Shown here piece by piece: positions 19,247 through 29,313 of a stretch of DNA of 64,000 nt. Source of the stretch: an uncultured Ignavibacteria bacterium (lineage in GTDB: Bacteria; Zixibacteria; MSB-5A5; SM1-73). The stretch lies in contig CAYGCR010000010.1 of NCBI GenBank assembly GCA_964348415.1, positions 2,385 through 66,384 of the forward strand, given 5' to 3'. The notes beneath the pieces are model-generated. The model saw nothing but the letters and a program-made list of their open reading frames with translations, had not been told where the DNA came from and ran no database searches. The number at the start of each line of letters is the position of its first letter. Position 1 is the first letter of the stretch. The position numbers and the translations under genes were made by a program.

Positions 19247-20584
19247 ATGAAAAAGCTATATCCTGGTTTCCTGGCTGTGTTAATCCTGGTTTTTCTTTCA
19301 CTAAATTGTACTTCTCCTGGTGCGCCTGAAAAGGACACCGTCAAACAGGTGCTGCCAAACGGTCTAACCGTTATCGTGCGGAGCAATCCCGATTCAAAGG
19401 TTTTGGGGATAAATGTTCTGGGTAAGAACCGCTCCGCCATGGAGCCCGGAGGGAAAACCGGCATCGCGGATTTCACCAATCGCATGCTGCTGAAAGGAAC
19501 CAAGACCAGATCGGCGGAGAAGATATCAGAAGATCTCACCGGCATCGGAGCGGAGATAACGTTGACGGATAACCCCTGGATTCCTTATGATGATGTATAC
19601 ACTACACACTCCTTCACCTTCATCAAGTTTCAGACTATCGACGAGTTTGCAGACCAGGGGATTGAGCTTCTTTCGGACGTGCTGAAGAATCCGACTTTCC
19701 CGGAAGAGGAGATGGAGAAGGTTCGAAAAGAGATGATGATGGTTTTGGGAAGGCAAGAGGGTGACACGCGCCAGACCGTTAGGCAACTCTTTTACGCCAC
19801 GCTGTTTGAGAACCATCCTTATGGCAAGCCCATAATGGGAACTCCGCGGAGTGTCGGATCAATTACCCGCGACGACCTGGTTTCGTTTCATGAGAAATTC
19901 TATTCTCCCAACAACGTCATAGTTACGGTGGTAACCAACCTGCCTACCGACGAAACGATGAACAAGATCGAGAATGCCTTGGGTGAGATGCAGAAGGTTG
20001 GACTGCCTCCTCTGGACATTCTGGGACCCGGAGAGTTGACCGCGCCCATCAAGGCCCACAAGGTTATGGAGAAAGAACAGGTTTACGTTTACCTTGGCAG
20101 AGCACTTCCGGGAATCTTCTCTGGGGATGTTCCGGCTTTAGAAGTCATGAATTCGGTCCTTTCCTCGCGACTGGCATTGAATCTGAGAGAGAGACAAGGT
20201 CTGGCATACTCGGTCGGTTCCTCTACCAGCTTTGTGAAGCACTTTGGATGGTTTGTCGCTTCCATCGGCACCAGGCCGCAAAACTATCAGGTTGCCGTGG
20301 ATGGTATCCTGGCTGAAATGAAAAGAATGAAGGAAGGGGCGGTTACCTCTGAGGAATTGGAGAAGGCAAAGAATGGGATATGGGGGAGCATGCTTTTTTA
20401 CCGACTTTCCCGAGTAAACCAGGCTTATTTCATGTCGGTGAACGAATTCAAGGAAGTGGGCTACGACTACGACGATAAGTATATAAAGCACTTAAGGCAA
20501 GTAACCGCCGAGCAGGTTAAGCAGGTGGCGGAGAAATACCTGGATACGGAGAATTACGTGCTCGCCGTGGTGGGGAAGACTTGA
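19247..20584 (+). CDS. M16 peptidase non-catalytic partner subunit, probable lipoprotein
   Basis: No HxxEH; SRLALNLRERQGLAY (R/Y pair); lipobox-like LSLNC. Confidence 0.88.
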   Translation: MKKLYPGFLAVLILVFLSLNCTSPGAPEKDTVKQVLPNGLTVIVRSNPDSKVLGINVLGKNRSAMEPGGKTGIADFTNRMLLKGTKTRSAEKISEDLTGIGAEITLTDNPWIPYDDVYTTHSFTFIKFQTIDEFADQGIELLSDVLKNPTFPEEEMEKVRKEMMMVLGRQEGDTRQTVRQLFYATLFENHPYGKPIMGTPRSVGSITRDDLVSFHEKFYSPNNVIVTVVTNLPTDETMNKIENALGEMQKVGLPPLDILGPGELTAPIKAHKVMEKEQVYVYLGRALPGIFSGDVPALEVMNSVLSSRLALNLRERQGLAYSVGSSTSFVKHFGWFVASIGTRPQNYQVAVDGILAEMKRMKEGAVTSEELEKAKNGIWGSMLFYRLSRVNQAYFMSVNEFKEVGYDYDDKYIKHLRQVTAEQVKQVAEKYLDTENYVLAVVGKT

Positions 20585-20639
20585 TAGTTCAGGGTGGGAT
20601 AAATTCTCTACCCGTGAAGCAATTGTTGAAGTCATATTG

Positions 20640-21026
20640 GCAGGGAAGGGCATTCAGCCCTGCCTTGTTTGCATCTGCGATTGAGTAGGGACAGGGCTTG
20701 TCCCTGTCCGGACAGAAAAGAGGACAGCCACAAGGGCTGTCCCTACGCATGTTTCACCCTCCCTTTTATTCCCTCCCATCGAGGGAGGGAAGAGCCGATT
20801 CTTTCTCCCTTGATGGGAGCGAGTCAGGGTGAACCACAGAAAAGACTATGGTCCGCCTGAAGGCGGACACTCCAGAAGCGCTTCTTCGGGCGGGACAAAT
20901 CCCTGGCCCAATGTGTGGCTTGATTTTTCATCCATAGGGCAGGGCATTCAGCCCTGCCGTCTTGAATGGTCCGTCTGAAGGCGGACACTCCAGAAGCGCT
21001 ACTTTGGGCGGGATGAATCCCGGCCG
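20640..21026. repeat. Dense BIME-like mosaic of REP hairpins
   Basis: gggcattcagccctgcc x2, inverted GTAG doublet at 20685-20746, CCCTC hairpin, ggtccgcctgaaggcggacactcca x2. Confidence 0.75.
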
Positions 21027-21048
21027 TACAGTTGCCTTTGAATTCAGA

Positions 21049-22944
21049 TTACCAATCTACACCTACTCCAACCTCATACTGGTTCTTGGCCTCGGGGTCG
21101 GTTGTCGGGCCGATCCAGCGGGCATTGTTCTTGGCATATTCCTCGTTGTATTTGTCGTTCCCGCCGCCGTCGATAAATACCCCAAACACGTGAAGATACT
21201 CTCGGGCTCCCTTTTTGGACACATTTGCCCTTCCCAGAGTTGTACCACCCTTGGTATCGTAGACATCATCGCCGCTGTGATCGTGAAATATACCGATACC
21301 GTTGGCGTTGCCGCCGCCTAAGGAGAGGTTTGGTGCATCATAGTAATCGTTGCCACCCCGCTCATTCAGATAGCCAATGGTGAAATCATGTCCCGCTCCA
21401 ATTGCCATATTCATGGTGGCAGTGTAGCTGTCGTTGCCCCCGAAATCATCCAGAAAGCCTACGGCAAAATGTGCACCTGAGCCCTGAACGTACCAGATGC
21501 CGCTGTAACTATCATCTCCTCCGCCATCGAGAAGCATGGCCACGGCAAACCAATACGCAGTTCCCTGAGCCCACAAATCGGCAGAGTAAATATCGTTGCC
21601 TTTGACGTCACAAAGTATCCCCACGCCTCCGGCCCAACTGTGACCGTCGATGTAGTCAGCCCGTTTGCCAAAAGCGACTCCCTGAGCCAGAGAAGCATTA
21701 TGTTCCTCAGTTTGAGACGCGGGATTGATGACTGTGTCGCTCTCTGCGACGTATTTGTCATCTCCTTCATAGTTGATCAACAGCCCGCATCCTTTGGTAT
21801 AGCCAAATCCCTGCGATAGGACCAGGCAGTAAAGAGAATCATTTCCTGAGCTGTCAGCATGTACGCCGACTCCAAAAACGCCGCAACCCTGGGAGTAGCT
21901 CTCAGCGACATAGGTGTCGTCTCCCTCGTAATCGAGCAAAATGCCTACCCCGAAAATGCCGCAGCCCTGGGTGATGGTGGTGCCCTCGTAGTAATCATCT
22001 CCGGTTTTGTCCACCACCACTGACATCCCCATTACGGCCCCGCCTATTCCAGGTTTCGTTGTATCTGCAGAGATATATCGATCGTTGCCGGACAGATCGA
22101 TGATTGCTGACAGAGGATATTTCTCAGTATAACCTGAAAAACTATAGTTATCGTCGCCACCCCCGTCCAGTATCAAAAGGGGAGGAAGAGAGTATTCATA
22201 GTTGTCGCTTTCGGCAGTCCCGATTACGATGAGTCCCTTTTCGGTGACCACCTCCGTCTTCTTCTTGGGAAAAGCTGCCAGCTGGAGTGCGTCAGCCATT
22301 CTTTTCACCGCCTCGGCTATATCCTGAGCACCAGCATAGAGACGGCCAAAATCCACCGCTGGTGTCAATTTCTCTATTATTTCATCGTACTCCTCTTTCT
22401 CCTGGACGAAGTACTCAAAGAGTTCCTCCCTGGAGATCTGCTTTTCAATTCCGTCGATGGCCTTTATGAAAAAATGGTTGGGGTCGTCGACAATTGAATA
22501 CAGAAGATCAATCTGGTCTCGCAGCAACGCGTAATCGTCTCCCGGCAAAACGCCTTTGTCTCTGGTAATGGATGGTTTCTCGATAGAGTCTGGATAGTTG
22601 ATGTATTTCTCCAACTGGTCTCCGATCAGGCCTCTGTAAACGGTGTAATCGATTCGTGCTCCTGCCCAGGACAGAAGCCGGGTGATGTTGGTGATGTCCT
22701 CTGAGAATCTCTTCAGGTTTAACTGGCCGTATTTGGGCAGCTTCAACGGATTCTTGTGAAACATGGTAAAATAGTTGGTGCGCCACAGGTCCCCTCCCCA
22801 GTTGGCCATCTCATCCTGATCGAATCTGATGTCCTGGCAGGTCAGTCCGACCTGTGACAGCGCGCTGTCACACAGGCTGAAATCACCGGCCACGGCAGAA
22901 CTCGCCCACAGCAGAAACAATGACGTAACCAAAAGGTGTCTCAT
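21049..22944 (-). CDS. Secreted protein with about 12 Gly/Asp-rich repeats (DxxGxDxY...QGxGxxGxG)
   Basis: Signal peptide MRHLLVTSLFLLWASSAVA; repeats visible in the translation. Confidence 0.8.
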   Translation of the reverse strand: MRHLLVTSLFLLWASSAVAGDFSLCDSALSQVGLTCQDIRFDQDEMANWGGDLWRTNYFTMFHKNPLKLPKYGQLNLKRFSEDITNITRLLSWAGARIDYTVYRGLIGDQLEKYINYPDSIEKPSITRDKGVLPGDDYALLRDQIDLLYSIVDDPNHFFIKAIDGIEKQISREELFEYFVQEKEEYDEIIEKLTPAVDFGRLYAGAQDIAEAVKRMADALQLAAFPKKKTEVVTEKGLIVIGTAESDNYEYSLPPLLILDGGGDDNYSFSGYTEKYPLSAIIDLSGNDRYISADTTKPGIGGAVMGMSVVVDKTGDDYYEGTTITQGCGIFGVGILLDYEGDDTYVAESYSQGCGVFGVGVHADSSGNDSLYCLVLSQGFGYTKGCGLLINYEGDDKYVAESDTVINPASQTEEHNASLAQGVAFGKRADYIDGHSWAGGVGILCDVKGNDIYSADLWAQGTAYWFAVAMLLDGGGDDSYSGIWYVQGSGAHFAVGFLDDFGGNDSYTATMNMAIGAGHDFTIGYLNERGGNDYYDAPNLSLGGGNANGIGIFHDHSGDDVYDTKGGTTLGRANVSKKGAREYLHVFGVFIDGGGNDKYNEEYAKNNARWIGPTTDPEAKNQYEVGVGVDW

Positions 22945-23014
22945 TTTTCGCTCCTTTCGAGATTGCGGCGGGATCAATTCCCGCTCCTTTGTGCAGGCTG
23001 ATTCTTGACCCATC

Positions 23015-23105
23015 GGGCAGACCATTCAGCCCTGCCAACCTTTAAGGTCCGCCTAAAGGCGGACACTCCAAAGAGACTGATTCGGGCGGGATGAATTCCC
23101 GCCGG
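23015..23105. repeat. Composite REP unit, direct repeat of 20937-21026
   Basis: Same three hairpins in the same order. Confidence 0.7.
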
Positions 23106-23213
23106 CCTGTGCTTGACGGGTAGGGGCAATTAGCGAATCCCCCTGCAATTCATTGCGCTCCTCCTTTTACTCTCTCTCGGCATAGTAAAGAGGGGAAGAC
23201 AGGGCGCGGCAGA

Positions 23214-24614
23214 TCACATCATATGGATAGGTCTGCCGTCCGCTTTCAGGACGGCTTCTCTTATCGGCTCGCTCAGGGTGGGATGGGCGTGGATGGTGTC
23301 GATCACATCCTGGGTTTTTGCTCCCATCCGGATGGCTAGGGTCAACTCTGCGATCAGGTCGGTGGCTCTGTGACCGAGAATCTGCGCTCCTAAGATTTTT
23401 CCCGACGCTTTTTCCGCGACCACCTTGACGAAACCCTCTGTTTCATTCTCGGCCTGGGCTCTGCCGCAAGCCACCATGGGAAACTTGCCTGTTTTTACCT
23501 CTATTCCCCCGTCTTTCGCCTGCTTCTCGTTAAGTCCCACGCTTCCGATCTCCGGATGGGTGTAAATGGAGGCAGGCACTGCGGTGTAGTCCATTATCTT
23601 ATCTTCCCCCAGCGCGTTTTCTATGGCTATCTCCGCCTCCATGGAAGCCACATGCGCAAGAAGCCAGTTGCCTATGCAGTCCCCGGCGGCGAAGACGTGG
23701 GGCACACTGGTTCGGAGATGATCATCCACTACGATGGTTCCTCGATCCATTTTGATTCCCAGCTCCTCCAATCCCATGTCTTTGGTGTTGGGTCTTCTGC
23801 CCACTGATAGCAAGACCTTTGCCACGTCCACTTTGATTTCTCCGTCCGGTGTGGAGATGGTTACGGTCTTTTTGTCGTCTTTGGCTGTGGCTATCCGGGA
23901 GACTTTGGAATTGGTGAATATCTTGATGCCTGATTTTTCCATGGAATTCCTCAAAGCAGCCGCAACTTCCCCATCTTCCCCGGGAAGTATCTGTTGGAGC
24001 ATCTCCACTATGGTGATCTCCGTGCCAAACGAGCGGTATATGTATGCGAACTCGCATCCGATGTAACCGCCCCCGATAATCAGCATGCTCGAGGGTACGG
24101 AGGGTAAAGACAAGGCGCCAGTACTATCGATAACACCGTCTAACTCGATTCCCGGAATGGGAAGCTGAATGGGAAGAGAGCCTGTAGCAACGAGAAACTT
24201 GTCAGCCTGCAACTTTCCGCTCGTTCCGTCGGGCTTTTTTATCTCGATCACTTTTTCATCTAGGAACTTTGCGCTTCCTTTGATTACGTTCGCGCCGCGA
24301 GATTTGAGTAAACTCTTGACGCCGGTGACCAGCCAGGTTACGGTCATATGCTTTCTTTTCATCAGCATGGACCAGTCCAGGTCAGTCCCAGAAACCTTTA
24401 GTCCCCAGCGCGACGCACCTTTGATGGTCGAGAGAGTGTAAGCCGCGGACGTCAAAACCTTTGTGGGGATGCATCCCACGTTCAAGCACGTTCCCCCCAG
24501 CTCTTCCTTCTCCACCACGGTCACACTGCCTCCTAACTGCGCTGCTCGAATAGCTCCCACGTACCCCGCCGGGCCACCACCGATGATGATTAGATTCTTG
24601 CCACCGTTGTTCAT
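23214..24614 (-). CDS. lpdA: Dihydrolipoyl dehydrogenase
   Basis: GGGPAGY, GGTCLNVGCIP and HAHPTLSE motifs. Confidence 0.95.
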   Translation of the reverse strand: MNNGGKNLIIIGGGPAGYVGAIRAAQLGGSVTVVEKEELGGTCLNVGCIPTKVLTSAAYTLSTIKGASRWGLKVSGTDLDWSMLMKRKHMTVTWLVTGVKSLLKSRGANVIKGSAKFLDEKVIEIKKPDGTSGKLQADKFLVATGSLPIQLPIPGIELDGVIDSTGALSLPSVPSSMLIIGGGYIGCEFAYIYRSFGTEITIVEMLQQILPGEDGEVAAALRNSMEKSGIKIFTNSKVSRIATAKDDKKTVTISTPDGEIKVDVAKVLLSVGRRPNTKDMGLEELGIKMDRGTIVVDDHLRTSVPHVFAAGDCIGNWLLAHVASMEAEIAIENALGEDKIMDYTAVPASIYTHPEIGSVGLNEKQAKDGGIEVKTGKFPMVACGRAQAENETEGFVKVVAEKASGKILGAQILGHRATDLIAELTLAIRMGAKTQDVIDTIHAHPTLSEPIREAVLKADGRPIHMM

Positions 24615-24775
24615 TTTTCTCCTCCCGATTAGCTACAAGAAGCTTCTTGGCATCAGACTCAATCTGTATGGCTTCTAATTTATAGCGATTGGCTGTTCTT
24701 GTCCAGAGATTTGTGCGGTTTGCTGCCGGGTGTCAGTGGAGTCCGTGGAGTTGAGCAAACGTGCCAGGGTCGCCC

Positions 24776-25537
24776 TTATCTTAACATCCACAAGCTTAAC
24801 GACATGACGGCCATGCCGACGACTACCCCCAGTATGGCGATGTGGCCTTGATTGTAAGAAAAAGAGGTGGGCACCAGCTCGTCGAAGGCTATAAAGACCA
24901 TGACTCCAGCAACGAATGCCAGGAGCCAGCCCAGAAGAGCAGGTGTGAGGAAGGGTAGCAGCAAGATCGCAGCAATGCCGGCTCCTACGGGTTCCGCCAG
25001 GCCGGACAGGAAGGACCATAGAAAGGACTTGCCACGGCTTTTGGTGGCGGCGTACACCGGCGCTGAGACGGCCAAGCCTTCGGGAATGTTGTGAACGGCT
25101 ATGGCTACCGCGATTGCGATTCCTAAGCGAGTGTCTTTCAGGGTTCCGGCGAAGGTAGCCATGCCCTCCGGAAAGTTGTGGATTCCTATTCCTAAAGCCA
25201 CCACCGCACCGATTCGCAAAAGCTTGGTCTCTTTCTGGCTGTCGGTCAAATCCTGGTGCCCTGCTGATTCGTGAGGCAGAAAAAAGTCGATCATAAATAT
25301 GATGATGATCCCGAAGAAAAAGCCGAGATGGGCGTAGGCAAAACCGATAGACTCGATGCTTCCCCGCAGAAGCTCAACGAAGGAAACCATAACCATGACT
25401 CCCGCGGAAAACCCCAACGTGGCGCTCATGAACCGCGGTCCGGGTTTGCGGAAGGCAAGCCCCAGAAGGCTGCCCAGAGTGGTGGAAAGCCCGGCCAGTG
25501 CGGTCAGAACAAAGGCTAGTGCAACGTTTTTCTCCAT
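24776..25537 (-). CDS. zupT: ZIP-family zinc transporter
   Basis: HNFPEG and HNIPEG motifs; N-terminal TALAGLST. Confidence 0.9.
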   Translation of the reverse strand: MEKNVALAFVLTALAGLSTTLGSLLGLAFRKPGPRFMSATLGFSAGVMVMVSFVELLRGSIESIGFAYAHLGFFFGIIIIFMIDFFLPHESAGHQDLTDSQKETKLLRIGAVVALGIGIHNFPEGMATFAGTLKDTRLGIAIAVAIAVHNIPEGLAVSAPVYAATKSRGKSFLWSFLSGLAEPVGAGIAAILLLPFLTPALLGWLLAFVAGVMVFIAFDELVPTSFSYNQGHIAILGVVVGMAVMSLSLWMLR

Positions 25538-25605
25538 GATTACTTGACAAACTCCGACCACCGGAGACAGGCTAGATTGGACGACATGCGCCGAAGACAA
25601 TCTGC

Positions 25606-26148
25606 CTATTCGTCTCTAGGAGTCTTTATGAATTCGCGCCTTAAGATCCCCATCATAACGGTGTCGTGGTATTCACCATTGGCGTAACGATCCTCCCTTA
25701 GGATTCCCTCTTTTTTGAAGCCGCATTTCTCGTACGACTTTATACCTCTTGGATTGTACTCGAACACTCGCAGGTAAACTCTATGAAGATTCATCTGGTT
25801 GAAAGCAAAATCCAGGATGGTCATCATGGCGTCGGTTCCGTATCCTTTTCCCCAGTACTCCTTTTTTCCGATAACTATGCCCACCTCGGCATTGCGGTTC
25901 TCCCAGTCGATTCTGTGCAGGCCGATACCGCCGAGATAGACACCTTCTTTCGTCTCGAGGGCGAAAACTTTGTTTCTCTGGCTGTCGCCGCTTAGGGCGG
26001 CCTCGATCCATTTCTCCTCTTGATACCTGGAGATTGGATATCTCATGAGCAGGTTGTTCTTCACTTCGGGATCGTTTACCCACTTCATGATTTCGTCCAT
26101 ATCCGTCTTTTCGATGGCCCTGATCCGAACTTTCTTTCCTTCGATCAT
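25606..26148 (-). CDS. GNAT N-acetyltransferase (RimJ/RimL/SpeG-like)
   Basis: YWGKGYGT, NLHRVYL and YEKCGFKKEG motifs. Confidence 0.9.
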   Translation of the reverse strand: MIEGKKVRIRAIEKTDMDEIMKWVNDPEVKNNLLMRYPISRYQEEKWIEAALSGDSQRNKVFALETKEGVYLGGIGLHRIDWENRNAEVGIVIGKKEYWGKGYGTDAMMTILDFAFNQMNLHRVYLRVFEYNPRGIKSYEKCGFKKEGILREDRYANGEYHDTVMMGILRREFIKTPRDE

Positions 26149-26347
26149 AGTTCATCACCTCACAGACTTGCTCTTAGCTTAATTGTGACCTTGTTTTGTG
26201 CCGTCCCAGACCTTGAAGGTAAGATTGCAACCTCTTGTTTTCCGATTCTTCACCCGTCGGAATGCCTCTGTGTTGCGCTCAAAGCGGGCGAATCAATTTG
26301 GCCCGTTACTTGATTCTCCGAGGCTGTGCCATAGGCATCCCGGCTGA

Positions 26348-27202
26348 TCAGTAATTGGTGAGCTGATCTATCTTTCCGTATTTCCGGGCTATATGCTCGA
26401 TGGATCGGTAGATGTAATGCGAAAACAAAGCCAAGGCAAGCGTAGTTACCACCATTATGGCTATCAGCTCGAGGTTAGAAAAGCCGCTCAAAGTAGGGCT
26501 TAGGCTTTTCCCCAGAACCGACCTTCTTACCAGCTCCAGCCAGTAGGTTAACGGCAATGCCTTGGAGAGATACTGCAGCCAGATGGGCAGTATATCTATA
26601 GGATATATGGCACCGCAGGCCAGATAGAAAAGCCCTGCCATCCCTTCGGTTAGCGCCCAGCTGTGATGTGCGGTGACTATGCTTATCCCCGCCAGAAGTA
26701 TCCCCAGGCAGGTGATGATGAAGATCCCGGCGGCCACCGAGAACAGAAGCAGAGGATAATTCACGGTCAGCAGGTTGACCGGAATCTTCAAAACCAGCAT
26801 TCCAAATGCAATGGTGATAATCACCGCCACCGTGGTCAGTATCATCTTGGCGATGCCCCGGCCAAACAGGTAATAGTACATTCTGATGGGGGAAATGTAG
26901 ATATACCTGATCATCTGGTAGTGCTCTCGATCCTCGTGGATTACCCAGCTTATCCCGAACAGAACGTTGATCACGTACATGAAGAAGGCGTTTCCCACAT
27001 AAATGTATGCGAAAAGATCCATGCCGGTTTTCCCTTTGGTCACGACGTAGTACATCACCACCAGGATCAGCGAAGAGGCCAGGGGTCGTACGATGGAGTA
27101 GATGGCGAAGAGAAACGGATCGGTCCAGTTGGACTCCATGGCCCATCCCAACCAGCCAGCGGTCTTTATGGTTCTCAAATTCTCTCTCGTTTTAGCCAGC
27201 AT
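26348..27202 (-). CDS. ABC-2 type exporter permease
   Basis: About 6 TM segments; GAIYPIDILP..LPLTYWLE motif. Confidence 0.9.
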   Translation of the reverse strand: MLAKTRENLRTIKTAGWLGWAMESNWTDPFLFAIYSIVRPLASSLILVVMYYVVTKGKTGMDLFAYIYVGNAFFMYVINVLFGISWVIHEDREHYQMIRYIYISPIRMYYYLFGRGIAKMILTTVAVIITIAFGMLVLKIPVNLLTVNYPLLLFSVAAGIFIITCLGILLAGISIVTAHHSWALTEGMAGLFYLACGAIYPIDILPIWLQYLSKALPLTYWLELVRRSVLGKSLSPTLSGFSNLELIAIMVVTTLALALFSHYIYRSIEHIARKYGKIDQLTNY

Positions 27203-27249
27203 ATAATCGATCTCCTCAGTTGATGCGGATGCGATGGCATACCACGTTA

Positions 27250-27307
27250 CCTCACCCCCTATCTCCCCCTCTCCACAAAGTGGAGAGGGGGACCAAAGCG
27301 GGTGAGG
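27250..27307. repeat. CCCTC-family long REP hairpin
   Basis: cctcaccccc..ccccctctccacaaagtggagagggg..gggtgagg; related copies at 43793, 47048 and 48577. Confidence 0.7.
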
Positions 27308-27313
27308 TCATAC

Positions 27314-28132
27314 TTATTGCCATCTCAAAGTCAATCTTCCCTCTTTTTTTCCCAATTTCTCCATGAACTCAAGCGCGTACTTGGAAACCACCAAGAAGAG
27401 CACACATAAAATCACCAGGGCTCCCAGCTCGATGTTGACGTTGACGAACGCGGATTTTGGCCCAGCCTCGAAGGCGAGCTGTCTCATGGCGTCTAGGCCC
27501 AGAGTCAGGGGAATCAAGGATGCTCCCAGGGCCACGAAGAAACCCAGGTTCCTAACCGGGAAGAAGAATCCTGACAGCAGATGAACCGGTTCCTGAAGAA
27601 GGGTAACCCCGTGCCAGGCTTCCCTCCCGTAAAGCATGAACAGGGATGAAAAGAGCATGCCCAATCCATACAAGCTTACCAGGGTCAACACAAATATGGC
27701 AAAAAGCTTGGGCAGGCTTATTACTGCGAAATCCACCTTGAAGATCAGACTTCCTACCAGGAAGATGAAGACCGCCCTGGTGGTCGCAAGAAACACGCCT
27801 CCTGACGCCATGCCAAGAAGTATGGACATTCTGGAGATGGGCGCGATCATGTATATGTCCATATTCCCTATCTCTTTTTCCCAGTAGAACTGAGCTGCCA
27901 TGCTCCACAGAACATGTATCCAGTATGCGCTCATGGTGCCGCCCAAGATGACAAATCCGACATATTCCTCGGGTGCCTTCAACGCTTTATACACGTACAC
28001 ATAGGCGGCGGTGCTCAAGATGGGAAGCAAGGTCTCGGTGAACCACCAGCTGGGTTCTCGGTTGGCAGCTACCACCCTCACGTAAGCGCGCGCGATTATC
28101 GCCTTTATGTTAGTTCTGAGATTGATCTTCAT
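27314..28132 (-). CDS. ABC-2 type exporter permease
   Basis: About 6 TM segments; EKEIGN and SGFFFPV..IPLTLGLDAMR motifs. Confidence 0.9.
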   Translation of the reverse strand: MKINLRTNIKAIIARAYVRVVAANREPSWWFTETLLPILSTAAYVYVYKALKAPEEYVGFVILGGTMSAYWIHVLWSMAAQFYWEKEIGNMDIYMIAPISRMSILLGMASGGVFLATTRAVFIFLVGSLIFKVDFAVISLPKLFAIFVLTLVSLYGLGMLFSSLFMLYGREAWHGVTLLQEPVHLLSGFFFPVRNLGFFVALGASLIPLTLGLDAMRQLAFEAGPKSAFVNVNIELGALVILCVLFLVVSKYALEFMEKLGKKEGRLTLRWQ

Positions 28133-29132
28133 CCTTCAATCCTCTACCTACCAGCGCCACGAACACATCTTCCAAGCTCGGCTCCATCTTGGAAAGCGAG
28201 ATTATCTTGGAGCCGTTACCGCTTAAGGACTCAGTTACGTTGGATATAGCAGATTCTTCCTCCAAGATGAATTTCAGTTCGGTTCTTCCCAGGTGGCTCT
28301 TGTGTTCATAGGCAAACTGCTTGACCCCGGAGATCTGACCGAACCTGTCTATATCGTTCACCTGCAAGGGAACTTCGATGCGAAATACTGCTTCGCCAGC
28401 TAGAGATTTCTTGAGGTTTTGCGGCGTGTCACATACCAGAACCCTACCTCTGTCGATGATAGCTACCCGGTCACAGAGCTCGTCTGCCTCCGCCATATAG
28501 TGCGTGGTCAGAAGGACGGTCCTTTCCGGATTCTCCTTCATCCACTTTCTTATATAGGCTCGTACGTCCCTGGCGATCTGCACGTCCAGACCCAGGGTAG
28601 GTTCGTCCAAGAACATGATCTTGGGATCGCAGACAAAACCGCGCATGAAATTGAGTTTCTGCCGGAGTCCGGTGGAAAGCTTGCCTATCTTGGTTCTGGC
28701 AAACTCCTCCATTTTCAGAATGCTTAAAAGCTCATCGATCCTTCGGTGCACCACTTTGCTGGAGATACCATAGAACTGGGAGAACATCCACAAAGTTTCC
28801 CGAACCGTCAAGATTCCGTATCCGCACTGTTCTCCACCCGATACCATGTTTATCTGTCTTCTGACCTTTTCCGGATATTTAACCACGTCTATACCATCAA
28901 CCTGAGCGGTTCCGGAGCTGGGCAGAAGCAGAGTTGCCAGGATTTTTATCAAGGTGGTCTTGCCCGCGCCGTTGGGACCCAGAAGACCGAACAGCTCGCA
29001 TTGATGAATCTTTATGTTGGCGTCCTCCAGAGCGATCAGCTTACCGTTGTTGTCGCCTTTACCCTTCTTGTTCTTTACCTTCTTTATCTTGAAGGTTCTG
29101 TTCAGATCGAAAGTCTCTACAGCTGGATTCAT
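28110..29132 (-). CDS. ABC exporter ATP-binding protein (DrrA-like)
   Basis: GPNGAGKTT, LSTGLRQK, FLDEPTLGLD and TTHYM motifs. Confidence 0.93.
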   Translation of the reverse strand: MNPAVETFDLNRTFKIKKVKNKKGKGDNNGKLIALEDANIKIHQCELFGLLGPNGAGKTTLIKILATLLLPSSGTAQVDGIDVVKYPEKVRRQINMVSGGEQCGYGILTVRETLWMFSQFYGISSKVVHRRIDELLSILKMEEFARTKIGKLSTGLRQKLNFMRGFVCDPKIMFLDEPTLGLDVQIARDVRAYIRKWMKENPERTVLLTTHYMAEADELCDRVAIIDRGRVLVCDTPQNLKKSLAGEAVFRIEVPLQVNDIDRFGQISGVKQFAYEHKSHLGRTELKFILEEESAISNVTESLSGNGSKIISLSKMEPSLEDVFVALVGRGLKDEDQSQN

Positions 29133-29154
29133 CTCTTCTTCCTTTCATCTAAAT

Positions 29155-29191
29155 AAAAAACCGTGACCTACTCTGCATAGGTCACGGTTTT
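29155..29191 (-). terminator. Attenuator (5'-UTR intrinsic terminator)
   Basis: Minus strand accgtgaccta-tgcagag-taggtcacggt followed by a U tract, about 22 nt before the ABC ATPase start. Confidence 0.8.
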
Positions 29192-29217
29192 AAAAAATTC
29201 TTTCCCAGGTATCCTAT

Positions 29218-29313
29218 TCAGAGTAGCCTCCTTCGTCCAGAGGTGTAGACGATAATGGGTACACTACTCCCCTGTACCAGGCTGCAATTAAGTGAAAGCA
29301 TATTAAACGCCAC
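29218..29313 (-). CDS. Putative leader peptide, 31 aa (MAFNMLSLNCSLVQGSSVPIIVYTSGRRRLL)
   Basis: GGAGGTG SD 7 nt before GTG; the stop region is complementary to the attenuator hairpin. Confidence 0.65.
   Translation of the reverse strand: MAFNMLSLNCSLVQGSSVPIIVYTSGRRRLL

Noticed and set aside
20640..21026. CRISPR array
   Set aside because: Repeats are heterogeneous hairpins in mixed orientation without regular unique spacers; no cas genes.
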